Shown here: positions 1-8,149 of the stretch, piece after piece | How the letters are laid out: every line of letters starts with the position of its first letter | Position numbering within the stretch: position 1 is the first letter of the stretch | Source: a virus | DNA: 27,534 nt | Virus record (IMG/VR): IMGVR_UViG_3300023223_000479 | Strand: one strand, 5' to 3' | The notes under the pieces: generated by a model | Database searches by the model: none | Told to the model about the DNA's origin: nothing | The model's input: the letters and a program-made list of their open reading frames with translations, nothing else | Position numbers and translations under genes: made by a program

Positions 1-76
1 GTAGAAAGGGTATGGGAGACTGCTAGATCTCTTAACGCTAATGAGCGAGTAGAGAGGGCTGGGTAGGTTGATTATC
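1..76. repeat. 76-bp perfect inverted repeat, copy 1 (reverse complement of 621-696)
   Basis: 1-76 gtagaaagggtatgg...gttgattatc is the exact reverse complement of 621-696 gataatcaac...ccctttctac. Confidence 0.95.
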
Positions 77-522
77 TTAGAGCCAGATCCATCTTGCCTC
101 TCGTTATGAGCAAAAATAAACAAACCCCTGAATATTTGAATATCATCACTATCTCCTCCTGCCTCATCGTGAATCCCTTCAAGAGAATCTAACTTACCCT
201 TAAGATACTCGTATACCTCATCCAATAATCCTCCTACGGCCTTCTCAGACACATGATTTAAAAGCCTACTCTTACCCTCATCATTCTGCCTATAATCCCT
301 GAATTTGTATTTCTTAGAAGGTAAATAATTAATTTTACCGTGTAATTCTATTGTCTCTGAATCAGGAGGAAGTAGTCTAAAATAGTGTCTTACATTAGGA
401 GCTAAATCCTTTACCTCAATAAAAATTCGATTACCGGAATATCCTGATACTTCTCTGGAAAGTTTCTCTTGAGCCTCTACATCTGATGTGTAGGTGTAAC
501 CCGCTACTTTTGCCTTTGCCAT
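1..522 (-). CDS. Putative single-stranded DNA-binding protein (T4 gp32-like), 3'-truncated at the window edge; not in the supplied ORF track
   Basis: Hand translation from ATG 522 is open to base 1: MAKAKVAGYTYTSDVEAQEKLSREVSGYSGNRIFIEVKDLAPNVRHYFRLLPPDSE... FRLLPP resembles the gp32 IRFLP motif. It lies downstream of the polymerase and UvsY-like genes and has its own promoter. The last ~25 codons come from the inverted repeat and are probably not native. Confidence 0.55.
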   Translation of the reverse strand, partial: MAKAKVAGYTYTSDVEAQEKLSREVSGYSGNRIFIEVKDLAPNVRHYFRLLPPDSETIELHGKINYLPSKKYKFRDYRQNDEGKSRLLNHVSEKAVGGLLDEVYEYLKGKLDSLEGIHDEAGGDSDDIQIFRGLFIFAHNERQDGSGSKIINLPSPLYSLISVKRSSSLPYPFY

Positions 523-598
523 AACTATAAATTTTTGTTTAATGATTGATACGTTACTATAGGTTAATAACCTTATTTGAACGTTTAAATTACTATTA

Positions 599-629
599 CA
601 AATATACTAAATATGTCTTTGATAATCAA
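599..629 (-). promoter_or_regulatory. Bacteroidota sigma-A type promoter for the SSB-like gene
   Basis: Minus strand reads TTG-attatcaaagacatatttag (20 nt)-TATATTTG, matching the -33 TTG / -7 TAnnTTTG consensus. Confidence 0.65.
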
Positions 630-696
630 CCTACCCAGCCCTCTCTACTCGCTCATTAGCGTTAAGAGATCTAGCAGTCTCCCATACCCTTTCTAC
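621..696. repeat. 76-bp perfect inverted repeat, copy 2 (3' end of the 631-1143 gene)
   Basis: Direct comparison with 1-76. Confidence 0.95.
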
Positions 697-1143
697 TATC
701 GCATAGCTAGCCTTAAGCCGATTCAATTGCTGCTTAATTCTTACTATATCTTTCCTGGAATTCTTAACCTCTGGTAACACCGATAACATAGATCCTACTA
801 ACTTATCAGCAGGTATATCATTAGCCTTAGCCCTACTTAATCCATCCCTACCTAGTAAAGATTCTACACTTAAAGATTTAAACTGAACATATTGGGCCGA
901 TACTATATTATCATTACTTCTCTGTAACTCATCCATAGCCCTCTCATAGTATAGTATCAAACCAGATAAAAATGATAGTGTAGGTAAAAACTCAAGCATT
1001 GTTTCCTCTGCTCCATAAGTGTTAATATCTGATAATGTAGAATTATCTATTATGGCTGTACCTGTAGTACCTCCATACTCTATAGCTACCTCATACACCT
1101 GTAAAAATTTTACATCTACTCCCTCTATTATTATGCCTCTCAT
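631..1143 (-). CDS. Helical protein, possible UvsY-like recombination mediator
   Basis: 170 aa with amphipathic coiled-coil helices (IKQQLNRLKASYAIVERVWETARSLNANER). Lies between the polymerase and SSB-like genes, with an ATGA overlap with the polymerase stop. Confidence 0.45.
   Translation of the reverse strand: MRGIIIEGVDVKFLQVYEVAIEYGGTTGTAIIDNSTLSDINTYGAEETMLEFLPTLSFLSGLILYYERAMDELQRSNDNIVSAQYVQFKSLSVESLLGRDGLSRAKANDIPADKLVGSMLSVLPEVKNSRKDIVRIKQQLNRLKASYAIVERVWETARSLNANERVERAG
1100..1114. repeat. Palindrome TGTAAAAWTTTTACA copy 1 (intragenic, near the 5' end of 631-1143)
   Basis: TGTAAAAATTTTACA, exact. Confidence 0.9.
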
Positions 1144-4100
1144 TTTGATTTCTTTTTACCTATTAATACTCCCGTACCATTATCCTGTAAATCAGCTAAA
1201 AGCTCCTCTCTTTTAAACTTTTCAATTTCTACTAAATCTTTCCAATTCTCGCCCACCTCTATATCTGATTTCATCTCTACATTATCGAACTCAAACCCAA
1301 AGTAGCTCTTATTAGGAGGGTTATTGAATGCCCTAACCATCCACCCCAAGTAACTATCCATCTGAGATCTCCTGATATATCCTAAAGCACTATCATGTAC
1401 TGTATTCAGTATATCCCCCTCATAATCTAAAATGCTCATCCTATCCTGGTGTACTATACAAGAAAATAATAATCCCTGACCACTGCTACCCTGGATAGGA
1501 CTATTCACAGATACCCGCTCATCAGAACTCCTATACTCCCTTGAGGATGAATTAATATAGGGTAGATGCCTCTTACTACCGTAGGCAGTTCTAACCCATC
1601 CATACCGCCTACCCTTAGCAATATACAATTCATGAGCCTTAGGTATATCAGGATGAAGGTTATTTAAGTAATCGCTATGTTGTGCTCTAGCCTGCTCCTT
1701 ACTAATATCAATACCATAATTAACCTTAGCATACTCCCTAAAGCTCTCAGCACTCATCTTATAGATCAATCCAAAATTCTTAGCCTTACCCTTAAACCTA
1801 TGATAATTTGCAGCCTCAGGATCATCCTGCATCATTATCTCATAATCCTCCAAACTAATATCTGTACCACTACAGGAGGCTAATGCATGTAGATCTACAT
1901 TGTTTCTAAAAGCCTCAGCCATAGTCTTAATCCTCCACAGAAACGTTAACCACCTTAACTCTGCCTGAGACAAATCCACCTGAAAAAACATATAAGGATC
2001 ATCCTGGTTAAAATCTACAGGGGTTTGAAACATTCTCTTAACATATCCTACTATCTCCTTGACCCTCTTCAACTTAGTCCTGCTAGGTATATTATGTAAG
2101 TTAGGATTTCTACTACTTATCCTTTGGGATTTCACAGTCTTAAACCTACTATGCACCCTATTATTCTCATCCAGTTTGCCTCTTATCCCCTCAAAGTACG
2201 TGCTCTTTACCGTAGACAATAGCCGGAACTCTAATATATTTTCAATTAGTCCAGTAGGATCAGGAAACAGGGATAGTATATCTTTATCCGTAGATGGGTA
2301 CGGGCCTACCTCCTTCTTATTCCTTCCTGTAGAGAAATCTTTTATAGTCCTGGTTACTACTGGCAACTCATAGTTTAACCCTGATGAACTCGTATAGATT
2401 AGTTTACCCAATTGAAGAGGAGAATTAAAATTCATCTCATAAAATAGTACAGTTTGGCCGGACCTGATAGAGTGTATTTTTCTAGCCCATGTAACAGGGT
2501 CTTTATAGGGGTAATCCTCTGAATAATAATTTTTAGCTAATACCTCTTTCCTCTTCTCGCATATAGTAGTATAGGTTTTCAAATGTACTTTATTCTCACT
2601 CTGCATTTTCTCCTTTTTTATCAAAAGCTCCTGCAATTTTTTCCTCTCAAAATTAGATATCTTTTCCTCTAATTCTCTGATTGCACCTCCCTCTATTGCC
2701 TCTCTCTCATACCTAACAAATGTTTTCACAATAGGCAAATTAACGAGTGTATTATTTATCTCCTCCAATAATACCTTACACTTATCTAAGCCCTCCTCCA
2801 TTACCTCAGTATTAACCGGCATACCTTTATACTCCATATCACCTAAAAGAGTTAGTTTAGATGTTTCATAATTCCTATATATCCGGTACAGCTTAGGATC
2901 TTTCATTAACTCGTACTCCAACAGGTATCTACCTCTTAAGGTTAAATCGTTATCAGTTGCACAATACTGACCTAAAGAGGCTAAAGGATCATTAGCATAA
3001 TCCACTCCCTCACCGTAACCCTCAAACTCTGGGTACATCTGAGGTATAATCTTTTTAAGCGCATGAGGGATATCCTCCCTCAGAGTATGATGCATTATTA
3101 AAGTATCATCTAGTCTACCTCTAAATGATAATCCCCACTCCAAACCTATAGTATAATCAAATTGAAAGTTATGGGCTACTTTCCTAATATCTGGGTTATC
3201 AAATACCTTATTGATTGTCGGTATTAGCACCTCATGTAACATAGATTCTATACCATTAGCCTTAGCATACTCCCAATTAATATACATAGCCCTAAAAAAA
3301 TCTTTATTCTCCTCACACATCACCACCACCTCATCGTTATACCTACGTATTAGCTCACCATTCTTACTCATCATTCTATCATCACCTACCCCACCCTTTG
3401 ATAATATCTCTAATACATCATTACACCCTATATTCCAGGGACTCTCACAATGCATCATAGGTAATATGTAACCGCTTCCTGGCTGAAAACTAATTCCCAA
3501 CATACTAGGCAATAGTTTTTTAAACTCTATTGAATGCTCTAGTATCTCCTTCTTACTTGTTAGCCCTTTCTGTTTCGGAAATGTCTCAAAGTCAAAGCAT
3601 ATCTCTTTTGTATCTTTGCAGTACTGTACAAGTGTATCCAGAGTAACAATGTCATTAACAAATACAGTTTTAGTCATTGTGGATACACTCTCAAACCCCA
3701 ATAAGGTATTATAGCATAATCCTACAGCCCTCTCTACTTTCTTAATATCCTCAACACTCTCAGGATCATCCTCAACTAAATAACAATTCTTAATTCTAAA
3801 CGATGAGGGGAAAGCCCAATAATCAATTAGATCCCCCTGCTCCTCAGTATATAACCTTTTCCTATTAAGCCTATACTGTATACTCGTATGATTACCAAAA
3901 TTTAGGAATGTAGTAACCTTTGCCCCAAACCCAATTATAGCTGACCAATCATCTCTATCAATAGTCTCTCCTCTCTTATCCTCCTTTTCCCAAGTATCCA
4001 ATGAGGTAACATACATTAAATCTTGTATTACCTGCCTTTGATTTTCCTTTAATCTCTTGATATCAGATATCCCATAAACACAATAACATAAGGATTCAAA

Positions 4101-4178
4101 TACTACCCTAGCTACCGCTCTGGTATACACATCATCCTTTTTATCGGATATAACTAATATAGGTTTATTTACTTTCAT
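1140..4178 (-). CDS. polA: Family A DNA polymerase with 3'-5' exonuclease and an extra N-terminal domain
   Basis: ExoI CFDFET, ExoII AHNFQFD, ExoIII YCATD; RISSRNPNLHNIP; motif A DLSQAELR; motif B RFKGKAKNFGLIY; NSPIQGS; motif C VHDS. Confidence 0.95.
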   Translation of the reverse strand: MKVNKPILVISDKKDDVYTRAVARVVFESLCYCVYGISDIKRLKENQRQVIQDLMYVTSLDTWEKEDKRGETIDRDDWSAIIGFGAKVTTFLNFGNHTSIQYRLNRKRLYTEEQGDLIDYWAFPSSFRIKNCYLVEDDPESVEDIKKVERAVGLCYNTLLGFESVSTMTKTVFVNDIVTLDTLVQYCKDTKEICFDFETFPKQKGLTSKKEILEHSIEFKKLLPSMLGISFQPGSGYILPMMHCESPWNIGCNDVLEILSKGGVGDDRMMSKNGELIRRYNDEVVVMCEENKDFFRAMYINWEYAKANGIESMLHEVLIPTINKVFDNPDIRKVAHNFQFDYTIGLEWGLSFRGRLDDTLIMHHTLREDIPHALKKIIPQMYPEFEGYGEGVDYANDPLASLGQYCATDNDLTLRGRYLLEYELMKDPKLYRIYRNYETSKLTLLGDMEYKGMPVNTEVMEEGLDKCKVLLEEINNTLVNLPIVKTFVRYEREAIEGGAIRELEEKISNFERKKLQELLIKKEKMQSENKVHLKTYTTICEKRKEVLAKNYYSEDYPYKDPVTWARKIHSIRSGQTVLFYEMNFNSPLQLGKLIYTSSSGLNYELPVVTRTIKDFSTGRNKKEVGPYPSTDKDILSLFPDPTGLIENILEFRLLSTVKSTYFEGIRGKLDENNRVHSRFKTVKSQRISSRNPNLHNIPSRTKLKRVKEIVGYVKRMFQTPVDFNQDDPYMFFQVDLSQAELRWLTFLWRIKTMAEAFRNNVDLHALASCSGTDISLEDYEIMMQDDPEAANYHRFKGKAKNFGLIYKMSAESFREYAKVNYGIDISKEQARAQHSDYLNNLHPDIPKAHELYIAKGRRYGWVRTAYGSKRHLPYINSSSREYRSSDERVSVNSPIQGSSGQGLLFSCIVHQDRMSILDYEGDILNTVHDSALGYIRRSQMDSYLGWMVRAFNNPPNKSYFGFEFDNVEMKSDIEVGENWKDLVEIEKFKREELLADLQDNGTGVLIGKKKSK

Positions 4179-4677
4179 CGTATACCCAATTATCGTTTTC
4201 TCTTTTAATTTTAGGGCTTCTCTCTATAGCCTCTAATAGTACATCTACAAGCTCATAATCCATAGAATTTAATACCTCCAATACGTCCCTCCTCAATGCC
4301 ACTCTTAGACGTTTTGTAGTTATTACATCGCCCTCCTTAGTCTTATCCTGAATAGTATTAATATATGTTTGTACAAGCTCTTTGCCATTCTCCTTAATCT
4401 CATTTTCATCATAGAAAGGATTGCCATCATAGTGCTCTGCTCTCAGTACCTCAATATTACCCTCTAAAGCCATCCTCTGAACACTCATACACACTAATGA
4501 TAAATGGCAAACCAAGCAATTCCTATCCCCTGAATCATATCCTACCTCTCCCGGCCCTTTACCAAACTCCCCACAAATATTCCTCCACCCTGGTATATCC
4601 TCCCTAACATCTTGATTCACTAACGGAACCCTTAAATCATATTTATCTTTATCTTTCTCTATCGGTACTTTATTCAT
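4165..4677 (-). CDS. Hypothetical protein with a Cys cluster (possible Zn binding)
   Basis: 170 aa; CGEFGK...YDSGDRNCLVCHLSLVC; overlaps the polymerase start. Confidence 0.7.
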   Translation of the reverse strand: MNKVPIEKDKDKYDLRVPLVNQDVREDIPGWRNICGEFGKGPGEVGYDSGDRNCLVCHLSLVCMSVQRMALEGNIEVLRAEHYDGNPFYDENEIKENGKELVQTYINTIQDKTKEGDVITTKRLRVALRRDVLEVLNSMDYELVDVLLEAIERSPKIKRENDNWVYDESK

Positions 4678-4681
4678 AGCC

Positions 4682-4696
4682 TGTAAAAATTTTACA
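4682..4696. repeat. Palindrome copy 2 (4 nt upstream of ATG 4677)
   Basis: TGTAAAAATTTTACA, exact. Confidence 0.9.
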
Positions 4697-4709
4697 CCTC
4701 TAATTCTAA

Positions 4710-4835
4710 TTAAAGATTACCCGTTAGCCTCAAACAAAACAAAACCATAACAAGTATCCAACCCATACCTAAAAATATATCCCACCAAATAGGTACTCCA
4801 ATATCTCCCGGCTCATCTTCATTAATTATAGGCAT
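4710..4835 (-). CDS. Small single-pass membrane protein (41 aa), below the ORF track cutoff
   Basis: MPIINEDEPGDIGVPIWWDIFLGMGWILVMVLFCLRLTGNL*, preceded by AAAAGGAGGT-taaca-ATG; fills the gap between palindrome copies 2 and 3. Confidence 0.6.
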   Translation of the reverse strand: MPIINEDEPGDIGVPIWWDIFLGMGWILVMVLFCLRLTGNL

Positions 4836-4861
4836 TGTTAACCTCCTTTTGTTTTATACGC

Positions 4862-4876
4862 TGTAAAAATTTTACA
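4862..4876. repeat. Palindrome copy 3
   Basis: TGTAAAAATTTTACA, exact; the 20-mer ctgtaaaaattttacacctc is identical to 4681-4700. Confidence 0.9.
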
Positions 4877-4900
4877 CCTCAATATACCCACAAATACTAA

Positions 4901-6631
4901 TCATTCACACCCTACAGGAACACCATTATTATGCTCATAAAGATACTCCACCTGTACCCCATGATCCTGCTGAGATAACTCCTTAATCAGCCTCTTACTA
5001 CCCTTCTCTACTCCTTTATGCCCCTGATCGAAAAACCCTATAATATCGAACTTAGTAGCATCACCATCTTTCCTACTACCTCTGCCTATAGCTCCCTGAA
5101 TAAAGCTTATTTCATTACCTGTAGATTCCCAATTAACCCACACCTCAATATTAGGTATATTCAGCCTCTTCTTAATAATCCTATTCGCTACTAATACCTG
5201 AATGTTACCGGATATAAACCTATCTAATACCTCTACTCTATCTGCTCCTGCAATCCCTCCATGTAAATAACCTACCTTATTCAATCCTATATCTCTGAAA
5301 AGCCTATAATATAGCCAATCTCCATATTCTATTCTAGCAGCACCAAAATATATCACTATCTGCTTATCAACCAATTGTAACTCCTTCAACGCATCTAGCA
5401 TCAACTCATACCTACCCTCACTCAAATAAATCTTATCCCTCTTAGCCCTACCTATTGAGAGTGACTTACCCCCATAAAACTTATTAAGGATCATATGCAT
5501 ATGAGGCTCTAAGCTCACCCCCCTACTTACGTTATCCTCAGTAGTTACTTTATATCTCTGACTACCAAACAAGCCCAATACAGTATATCTATTTTTACCT
5601 GAGGGACTTTTTAAAGATGTACCGGAATACCCCACCTGTAATCCTGGAAAAGTTCTATCAATAAATTTCAAAGATTGCTTAGAGGTGAACTCCTCGCACT
5701 CATCATACATCCCTACATTAAATCTCAAAAACTGCTCAGGTAATATCTTTCCTGATTTAATCCTAGCCTCTACCGTCTGCACCATACATATAGTAAAATC
5801 AGATACTACATCCCAGTTAGGAACTATCTCAACCCCCTTAGACTTTAACAGCGCCTTTATAGTTGCTTTATCAGCAGCTATAACACTAACTATAAACCCC
5901 ATTTGTATATAATCCACCACAGCCTTAGCACACCCTCCAACATCCCTAAACGGGAGCAATACCTTAGGAGATTTAATATTGTTTATTATAGCCCCTGATA
6001 GAACCGACTTACCAAAATTAACAGCCAAATCCAATAATACAGATGTAAAATATTGTCCTAACTGTTTACGATCTAATAGAGTACTCCGCATTTTATCTAT
6101 AACAGGCATTTGGTCCTCCCTTAGGTCAAACTTACCTACACTATATACCGGCTCATCAGTCAGCCTAATTGAGTTCCTTCTTTGATCCTTGAAATCATAT
6201 AGCACCTCACCATAATCCTCTACCTTATCAGGGGATTGTATAAACTGTAATACCCTCCTCAATAACCCTGACCTTATTTTTAACCTCCTGCCTGCATTGG
6301 ATATCTTGAGCACACTCTTATAGCCATCTGACATTTGCCATCGTTTAAACCATAATCCCCACTCCTCCTTCTCAGTATCATAGTGGTATTTATTATACTG
6401 CTCCCCTGTAAGGTGATAACAGATATAATTTTGAAAAAATAGCCCCTTTACATCCTCTATTATGCTCCCAAGATGTTCTTTATTCTCTACATCAAATACC
6501 TGCTCATTAACCTTCTCCCACTGCTTAACATCATCATTATATGAAAAATGATCCTGAATATCCTTTAGCAACTGGCTAGGTTCAGAATCTCTCTCTAATA
6601 CGGTCCACTGATTTGATATAGTTATAATCAT
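4901..6631 (-). CDS. Superfamily 2 DNA helicase (UvsW/DExx-like), divergent motifs
   Basis: Q motif LREDQ, Walker A LAVNFGKS, Walker B YDECE, motif III SGT, LHGG...R..VLDRF, LNIPNI, motif VI QGAIGRGSR. Confidence 0.85.
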   Translation of the reverse strand: MIITISNQWTVLERDSEPSQLLKDIQDHFSYNDDVKQWEKVNEQVFDVENKEHLGSIIEDVKGLFFQNYICYHLTGEQYNKYHYDTEKEEWGLWFKRWQMSDGYKSVLKISNAGRRLKIRSGLLRRVLQFIQSPDKVEDYGEVLYDFKDQRRNSIRLTDEPVYSVGKFDLREDQMPVIDKMRSTLLDRKQLGQYFTSVLLDLAVNFGKSVLSGAIINNIKSPKVLLPFRDVGGCAKAVVDYIQMGFIVSVIAADKATIKALLKSKGVEIVPNWDVVSDFTICMVQTVEARIKSGKILPEQFLRFNVGMYDECEEFTSKQSLKFIDRTFPGLQVGYSGTSLKSPSGKNRYTVLGLFGSQRYKVTTEDNVSRGVSLEPHMHMILNKFYGGKSLSIGRAKRDKIYLSEGRYELMLDALKELQLVDKQIVIYFGAARIEYGDWLYYRLFRDIGLNKVGYLHGGIAGADRVEVLDRFISGNIQVLVANRIIKKRLNIPNIEVWVNWESTGNEISFIQGAIGRGSRKDGDATKFDIIGFFDQGHKGVEKGSKRLIKELSQQDHGVQVEYLYEHNNGVPVGCE

Positions 6632-7597
6632 CTAAAATTGGTCTAATTTAGGTATTGATCTCTTTTGATTCTTAACCTCTCTTTTAACCTTATCCTTATA
6701 CTCAATATATCTATCTTTGGCTCCTGGTCCACACAAATATCCTAACTCTATATCTATATTCCTATCCCCTGAAAAGTTGCTATTATAGGCTTGTGTTTGA
6801 GCCTCTATCCACAAAGATATATATTTGGCTGATGCCTCAGGGGATGGATATTTAGCCTCACTCCTAGCCTCTATAAGCATCTCAAAGGCTACCAAAAACT
6901 TATACCTATATTTTATTGTGTTTGAGAATATATTAGTTACCCGCTCAGTAACTCTCATAAACTCTACAATCATAGTATCGGTGTAATCTCTATGAGAATC
7001 CCTGACTACCCTATAATACTCATTCAATAGAGATCCTGATTCTGTTTGTACGTTAGCATCTAAATAACTTTTTACTGAGAACTTTCTTTTGTTCCTCAAT
7101 AGAGGGGTTAGTATCCACACATATAGCTTATAGAATTCTCCTCTGTTCTTAGCAAATCTGGTAGCGCCTATAGACTTCCACGCCTCCTCTGCTAAATTCC
7201 ACAACGATATTAAATCCCCATAAGCCGCAGTACCCGCAATCAGTTTTTTAACAAATGCCCTATCATGTTTAAAGGGTAAATCCTTAGATACTCTTGCCTC
7301 AAATAATACATCATTCAATTGCTCCACATAATATTTAGGTACTCCTGATACTTGCTTTAATACCTGCGCTTTCTTTCTTCTATCCTTACCTGATACCTGT
7401 ATAACTATAGCACTCTCAGGTATACACTCTAACCCATCAGATTTCTTAGCCAACTCTAATACAAACTTTCTAATATTATTGGGTGTAAAATTTTTACAGG
7501 CTAATCTCATCATAGCCTGTACTGATCCCTCTTTTTGTATTAACTCAGTTAAAGCCTCTACACTCAATACCATTATAGGATTTTTGCCCTCACTCAT
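6632..7597 (-). CDS. Hypothetical protein in the replication module (basic, helical)
   Basis: 321 aa ORF abutting the helicase start; no recognisable motif. Confidence 0.75.
   Translation of the reverse strand: MSEGKNPIMVLSVEALTELIQKEGSVQAMMRLACKNFTPNNIRKFVLELAKKSDGLECIPESAIVIQVSGKDRRKKAQVLKQVSGVPKYYVEQLNDVLFEARVSKDLPFKHDRAFVKKLIAGTAAYGDLISLWNLAEEAWKSIGATRFAKNRGEFYKLYVWILTPLLRNKRKFSVKSYLDANVQTESGSLLNEYYRVVRDSHRDYTDTMIVEFMRVTERVTNIFSNTIKYRYKFLVAFEMLIEARSEAKYPSPEASAKYISLWIEAQTQAYNSNFSGDRNIDIELGYLCGPGAKDRYIEYKDKVKREVKNQKRSIPKLDQF
7484..7498. repeat. Palindrome copy 4 (intragenic, near the 5' end of 6632-7597)
   Basis: TGTAAAATTTTTACA, exact. Confidence 0.9.
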
Positions 7598-7637
7598 ATA
7601 TCTCTAATTTAATCACAATAGGTTATTCTAGCAAGGG

Positions 7638-7652
7638 TGTAAAATTTTTACA
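7638..7652. repeat. Palindrome copy 5 (divergent intergenic region)
   Basis: TGTAAAATTTTTACA, exact. Confidence 0.9.
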
Positions 7653-7659
7653 GCCTAAT

Positions 7660-7690
7660 TAGGATAGTAATAGTTAAAAGCTTACCTTTG
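7660..7690 (+). promoter_or_regulatory. Bacteroidota-type promoter for 7717-8097
   Basis: TAG-N20-TACCTTTG; near-identical architecture at 25811-25841. Confidence 0.65.
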
Positions 7691-7716
7691 ATTATAACAA
7701 AAAAGAAATAACGATT

Positions 7717-8097
7717 ATGAAAACCACTAGATACCCTATTTTAAGCTACCAAAAAGATGGTCCTAACTGCTGGTCTTTTTATATGATAGAAAAAGGAGAA
7801 AAACCTGCAAGTATCGGACCTAAATACACAAAAGAAAAAGAGTTACTGGCAGATGTGAAAAGATTCTATACAGAAAGATTTTTAACCAATTGGCTTAAAC
7901 CCGAAAAACTTGAAGGTAAATTATCTTACGAAAGATGGGAGGAGTTATTTTATGATCAAGCTAATATTGAGTTTGCAGAATCAGGAGCAGATAGGGAGAT
8001 GAGCTTTAACTTGGAAAATGAGCTATTACGCCTGTATGAGAGGTACTGTAAATACTTTAAACTATATAATAAGTATTGTACTATTCACACCCATTAA
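7717..8097 (+). CDS. Hypothetical protein, counter-oriented moron-like gene
   Basis: 126 aa, A-rich initiation region, own promoter and downstream hairpin. Confidence 0.7.
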   Translation: MKTTRYPILSYQKDGPNCWSFYMIEKGEKPASIGPKYTKEKELLADVKRFYTERFLTNWLKPEKLEGKLSYERWEELFYDQANIEFAESGADREMSFNLENELLRLYERYCKYFKLYNKYCTIHTH

Positions 8098-8117
8098 TAC
8101 TAAACTTCATAACAACA

Positions 8118-8149
8118 AATAAAGCCGGAACAATCCGTCTTTTATATTT
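8118..8149. terminator. Possible bidirectional intrinsic terminator between convergent genes
   Basis: aaagccgga-acaa-tccgtcttt stem (one mismatch) with A/T-rich flanks. Confidence 0.45.

Noticed and set aside
561-573. Short palindrome AGGTTAATAACCT in the SSB leader
   Set aside because: Single short AT-rich occurrence with no supporting copies
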